This document shows, in pieces, positions 62,211-64,000 of a stretch of DNA of 64,000 bases. Source of the DNA: Hyphomicrobiales bacterium. GTDB taxonomy: Bacteria > Pseudomonadota > Alphaproteobacteria > Rhizobiales > JAJFHB01. The stretch lies in contig JAJFHE010000036.1 in the NCBI GenBank assembly GCA_021775755.1, forward strand, positions 52,198 through 116,197. Direction: 5' to 3'. Each line of letters opens with the position of its first letter. Positions within the stretch are counted from its first letter, which is position 1. The notes under the pieces are model-generated. The model was not told the origin of the DNA, searched no databases, and saw only the letters and a list, made by a program, of their open reading frames with translations. The position numbers and the translations under genes are program-made.

Positions 62211-63104
62211 ATGGCCAAGACTGCAGTTGACTGGCACGGCCTTTTCGCCGTCATCGTAACGCCGTTCGATGCGGAGGGCGCGATCGACGAGAACGCCTAT
62301 CGCACAGTCGTCGATTTCGTCATCGACGCGGGATGCCATGGCGTCATCGCGGCGGGCAGTACCGGTGAATTCTACCTGATGGATGACGACGAACGCGGCC
62401 GCGTGTTCGATATCGCCGTCGATCAGGCGGGTGGACGGGTGCCGGTCCTTGGCTGTCCTGCAGCACTCAAGATTGAGGACTCCATTGCTCTGACCCGTCG
62501 CGCGGCGCAAGCCGGCTGCGCCGGTGTCATGGCGCTCACGCCTGTCTATGCCTCGCTCAGCGATACGGAAATATTCGGCTTCTACCGACGCCTGTCGGAA
62601 GAGGGCGGCCTGCCGATCATGCTCTATAACAGCCCAAAACTCGTCAACAACAACCTCAGCACCGATCTCGTCGAGGAACTCGCGACGCTCGATCAGGTCG
62701 TGGCCCTGAAAGATACGACCTGGGACATCTACACGACGATCAACTTCGTGCGCCGCTGTTCGCCCGGCCTGCGCGTGTTCGTCGGGCTGGAAGACATTCT
62801 TCTGCCCGCAATCTCGGTCGGGGCCGTCGGGGCGGTCGCGATGATGCCGCAGGTAGTCGGCTCGATTACCCGCAAGTTGTACGATGCCGCGGTGGCCGGC
62901 GATCTTGAAGGTGCACAGCCTTACCACGAGCAAATGGTGCGAGCATACGACATATTCGGTGTCGGCAGCGGATATGTCGGCATCAAGGAGGCGATGAACC
63001 TGCGCGGGCTGCCCGGCGGCCACAGCCGCCCGCCGATGCTGCCCTATACGGATGCCCAGAAAAGCGAGCTCAGCGCCATCCTGAGCGATCTCAACCTGCT
63101 TTAG
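62211..63104 (+). CDS. DapA/DHDPS-NAL superfamily lyase (not canonical DHDPS)
   Basis: VIVTPF, GSTGEF, LYNSP, Schiff-base lysine in LKDT; GGAGG SD. Confidence 0.88.
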   Translation: MAKTAVDWHGLFAVIVTPFDAEGAIDENAYRTVVDFVIDAGCHGVIAAGSTGEFYLMDDDERGRVFDIAVDQAGGRVPVLGCPAALKIEDSIALTRRAAQAGCAGVMALTPVYASLSDTEIFGFYRRLSEEGGLPIMLYNSPKLVNNNLSTDLVEELATLDQVVALKDTTWDIYTTINFVRRCSPGLRVFVGLEDILLPAISVGAVGAVAMMPQVVGSITRKLYDAAVAGDLEGAQPYHEQMVRAYDIFGVGSGYVGIKEAMNLRGLPGGHSRPPMLPYTDAQKSELSAILSDLNLL

Positions 63105-63114
63105 GAAACGCGTT

Positions 63115-63885
63115 ATGACACTCGGGTTCATCGGCACCGGTGCCATCACCGAAGCCATGGTCGACGGACTGTGCGGACACGGGGGCTATGACGGCAACGT
63201 CATCGTCTCGGCACGCACGCGGGCGCGTTCTGAACGGTTACGGGATAAGTACTCCAACGTGTCCATCGACGATGACAATCAGGCGATTGTCGATGCGAGC
63301 GATGTCGTCGTCATCGCCGTTTTGCCGCAACAGGCCGAAGAGGTATTGGGCGCCTTGTCGTTCCGCCCCGATCATCACGTTCTGAGTGTCATTGCGGCCC
63401 TCAAGCTTCAGGACCTGCGCCGCCTCATCTCACCGGCGACGCGGGTGCAGCGCGCCGTTCCCCTGCCCCCGGTCGAGCGTGGCCTTGGACCGATACCGCT
63501 GTGCCCGCCGGACACGGACATGAATGATCTGCTGGCGCGCGCCGGCACCGTTGTTGCGGTTGACGACGAACGCCAGTTTCAGGCGCTTGCCGCGGGCAGC
63601 GCCTTGATGGCAACGCTCTTTGCGTTCATGGCGCGCACAGCGCGATGGCTGGAAGACGAGGACGTGGCAGCGCGCGAGGCCGCTCTGTATTCGACATCCA
63701 TGGTACACGCGCTGGCCGCCGTGGCCAGCGATGCCGATCCTTCCACACTGCGCGATCTTCCCGAGGAATGCCTGACGCCGGGCGGCATCAACGAGCAGGT
63801 CTTGCGCCAGATCGAGGCCGCGGGCTGGCTCGATGAGATCGACCGCGGCCTGAGCGCCATCATGACGCGTCTCGAAGGCGCCTGA
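63115..63885 (+). CDS. Pyrroline-5-carboxylate reductase-like protein
   Basis: LGFIGTGAI Rossmann start, RAVPLPP, TPGGINEQ. Confidence 0.8.
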   Translation: MTLGFIGTGAITEAMVDGLCGHGGYDGNVIVSARTRARSERLRDKYSNVSIDDDNQAIVDASDVVVIAVLPQQAEEVLGALSFRPDHHVLSVIAALKLQDLRRLISPATRVQRAVPLPPVERGLGPIPLCPPDTDMNDLLARAGTVVAVDDERQFQALAAGSALMATLFAFMARTARWLEDEDVAAREAALYSTSMVHALAAVASDADPSTLRDLPEECLTPGGINEQVLRQIEAAGWLDEIDRGLSAIMTRLEGA

Positions 63886-63925
63886 GCGGGCCACATGACA
63901 AAGCCCTCGACAAGTACGCATCCAG

Positions 63926-63940
63926 ATGAGAGTTTCTCAT
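63926..63940. promoter_or_regulatory. LysR-type recognition site (T-N11-A palindrome)
   Basis: ATGAG-AGTTT-CTCAT just upstream of a LysR gene start. Confidence 0.5.
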
Positions 63941-63966
63941 AGTCCGGAATGAGGGAGGCAGGCGTC

Positions 63967-64000
63967 GTGCTGCCGTCTTTGAATGCTCTGCGCGCTTTTG
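63967..64000 (+). CDS. LysR family regulator (GcvA-like), N-terminus only
   Basis: GTG start after GGAGG; reads (M)LPSLNALRAF, the typical GcvA-type HTH start; truncated by the window. Confidence 0.7.
   Translation, partial: MLPSLNALRAF

Noticed and set aside
62211-63885. Gene symbols dapA and proC as housekeeping genes
   Set aside because: The DHDPS-specific Arg after the LYN motif is missing, the ProC-like GxGxxG is atypical, and the context is catabolic.

Overview
GC-rich chromosomal segment, most likely from an alphaproteobacterium: gene content and FnrL/FixK-type boxes point to a Hyphomicrobiales/Rhodospirillales-like organism (inference). I found no rRNA, tRNA, CRISPR array, transposase or reverse transcriptase. 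About 50 real CDSs can be separated from the many GC-rich shadow ORFs. In order: a polar amino-acid ABC transporter divergent from a glycosyltransferase/aldehyde dehydrogenase/DMT unit; an AraC regulator with a Tat-exported cysteine hydrolase; alpha-2-macroglobulin plus pbpC; an EctD-like dioxygenase, a DMSP-lyase-like cupin, a methyltransferase-like gene and an APC permease; a purine ABC importer with an NdmC-like Rieske oxygenase and guanine deaminase; an FNR/FixK-type microoxic module (Hsp20, cytochrome c, USP); SDR plus ectoine hydrolase; a TetR-GST-GST-PNPOx detox unit; a linalool dehydratase-like/MaoC/CoA-ligase operon; a tandem array of secreted caspase-FGE(CLec) paralogs; a sodium:solute symporter operon with an exonuclease-CBS-DUF294 fusion; MMPL/FadL/lipoprotein; and kynurenine-pathway genes followed by DapA-like, ProC-like and LysR genes. 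Best candidates for something new: (1) the secreted caspase-CLec paralog array with a hypervariable C-terminal pocket and birth-and-death remnants; (2) a putative methylated-purine salvage cluster (NdmC-like plus GuaD); (3) a family of ~265-bp structured, TA-bounded repeat elements that show covariation and donate stop codons; (4) a cytoplasmic Ldi-like hydro-lyase operon. All family assignments come from motif recognition and remembered sequences, not from database searches.
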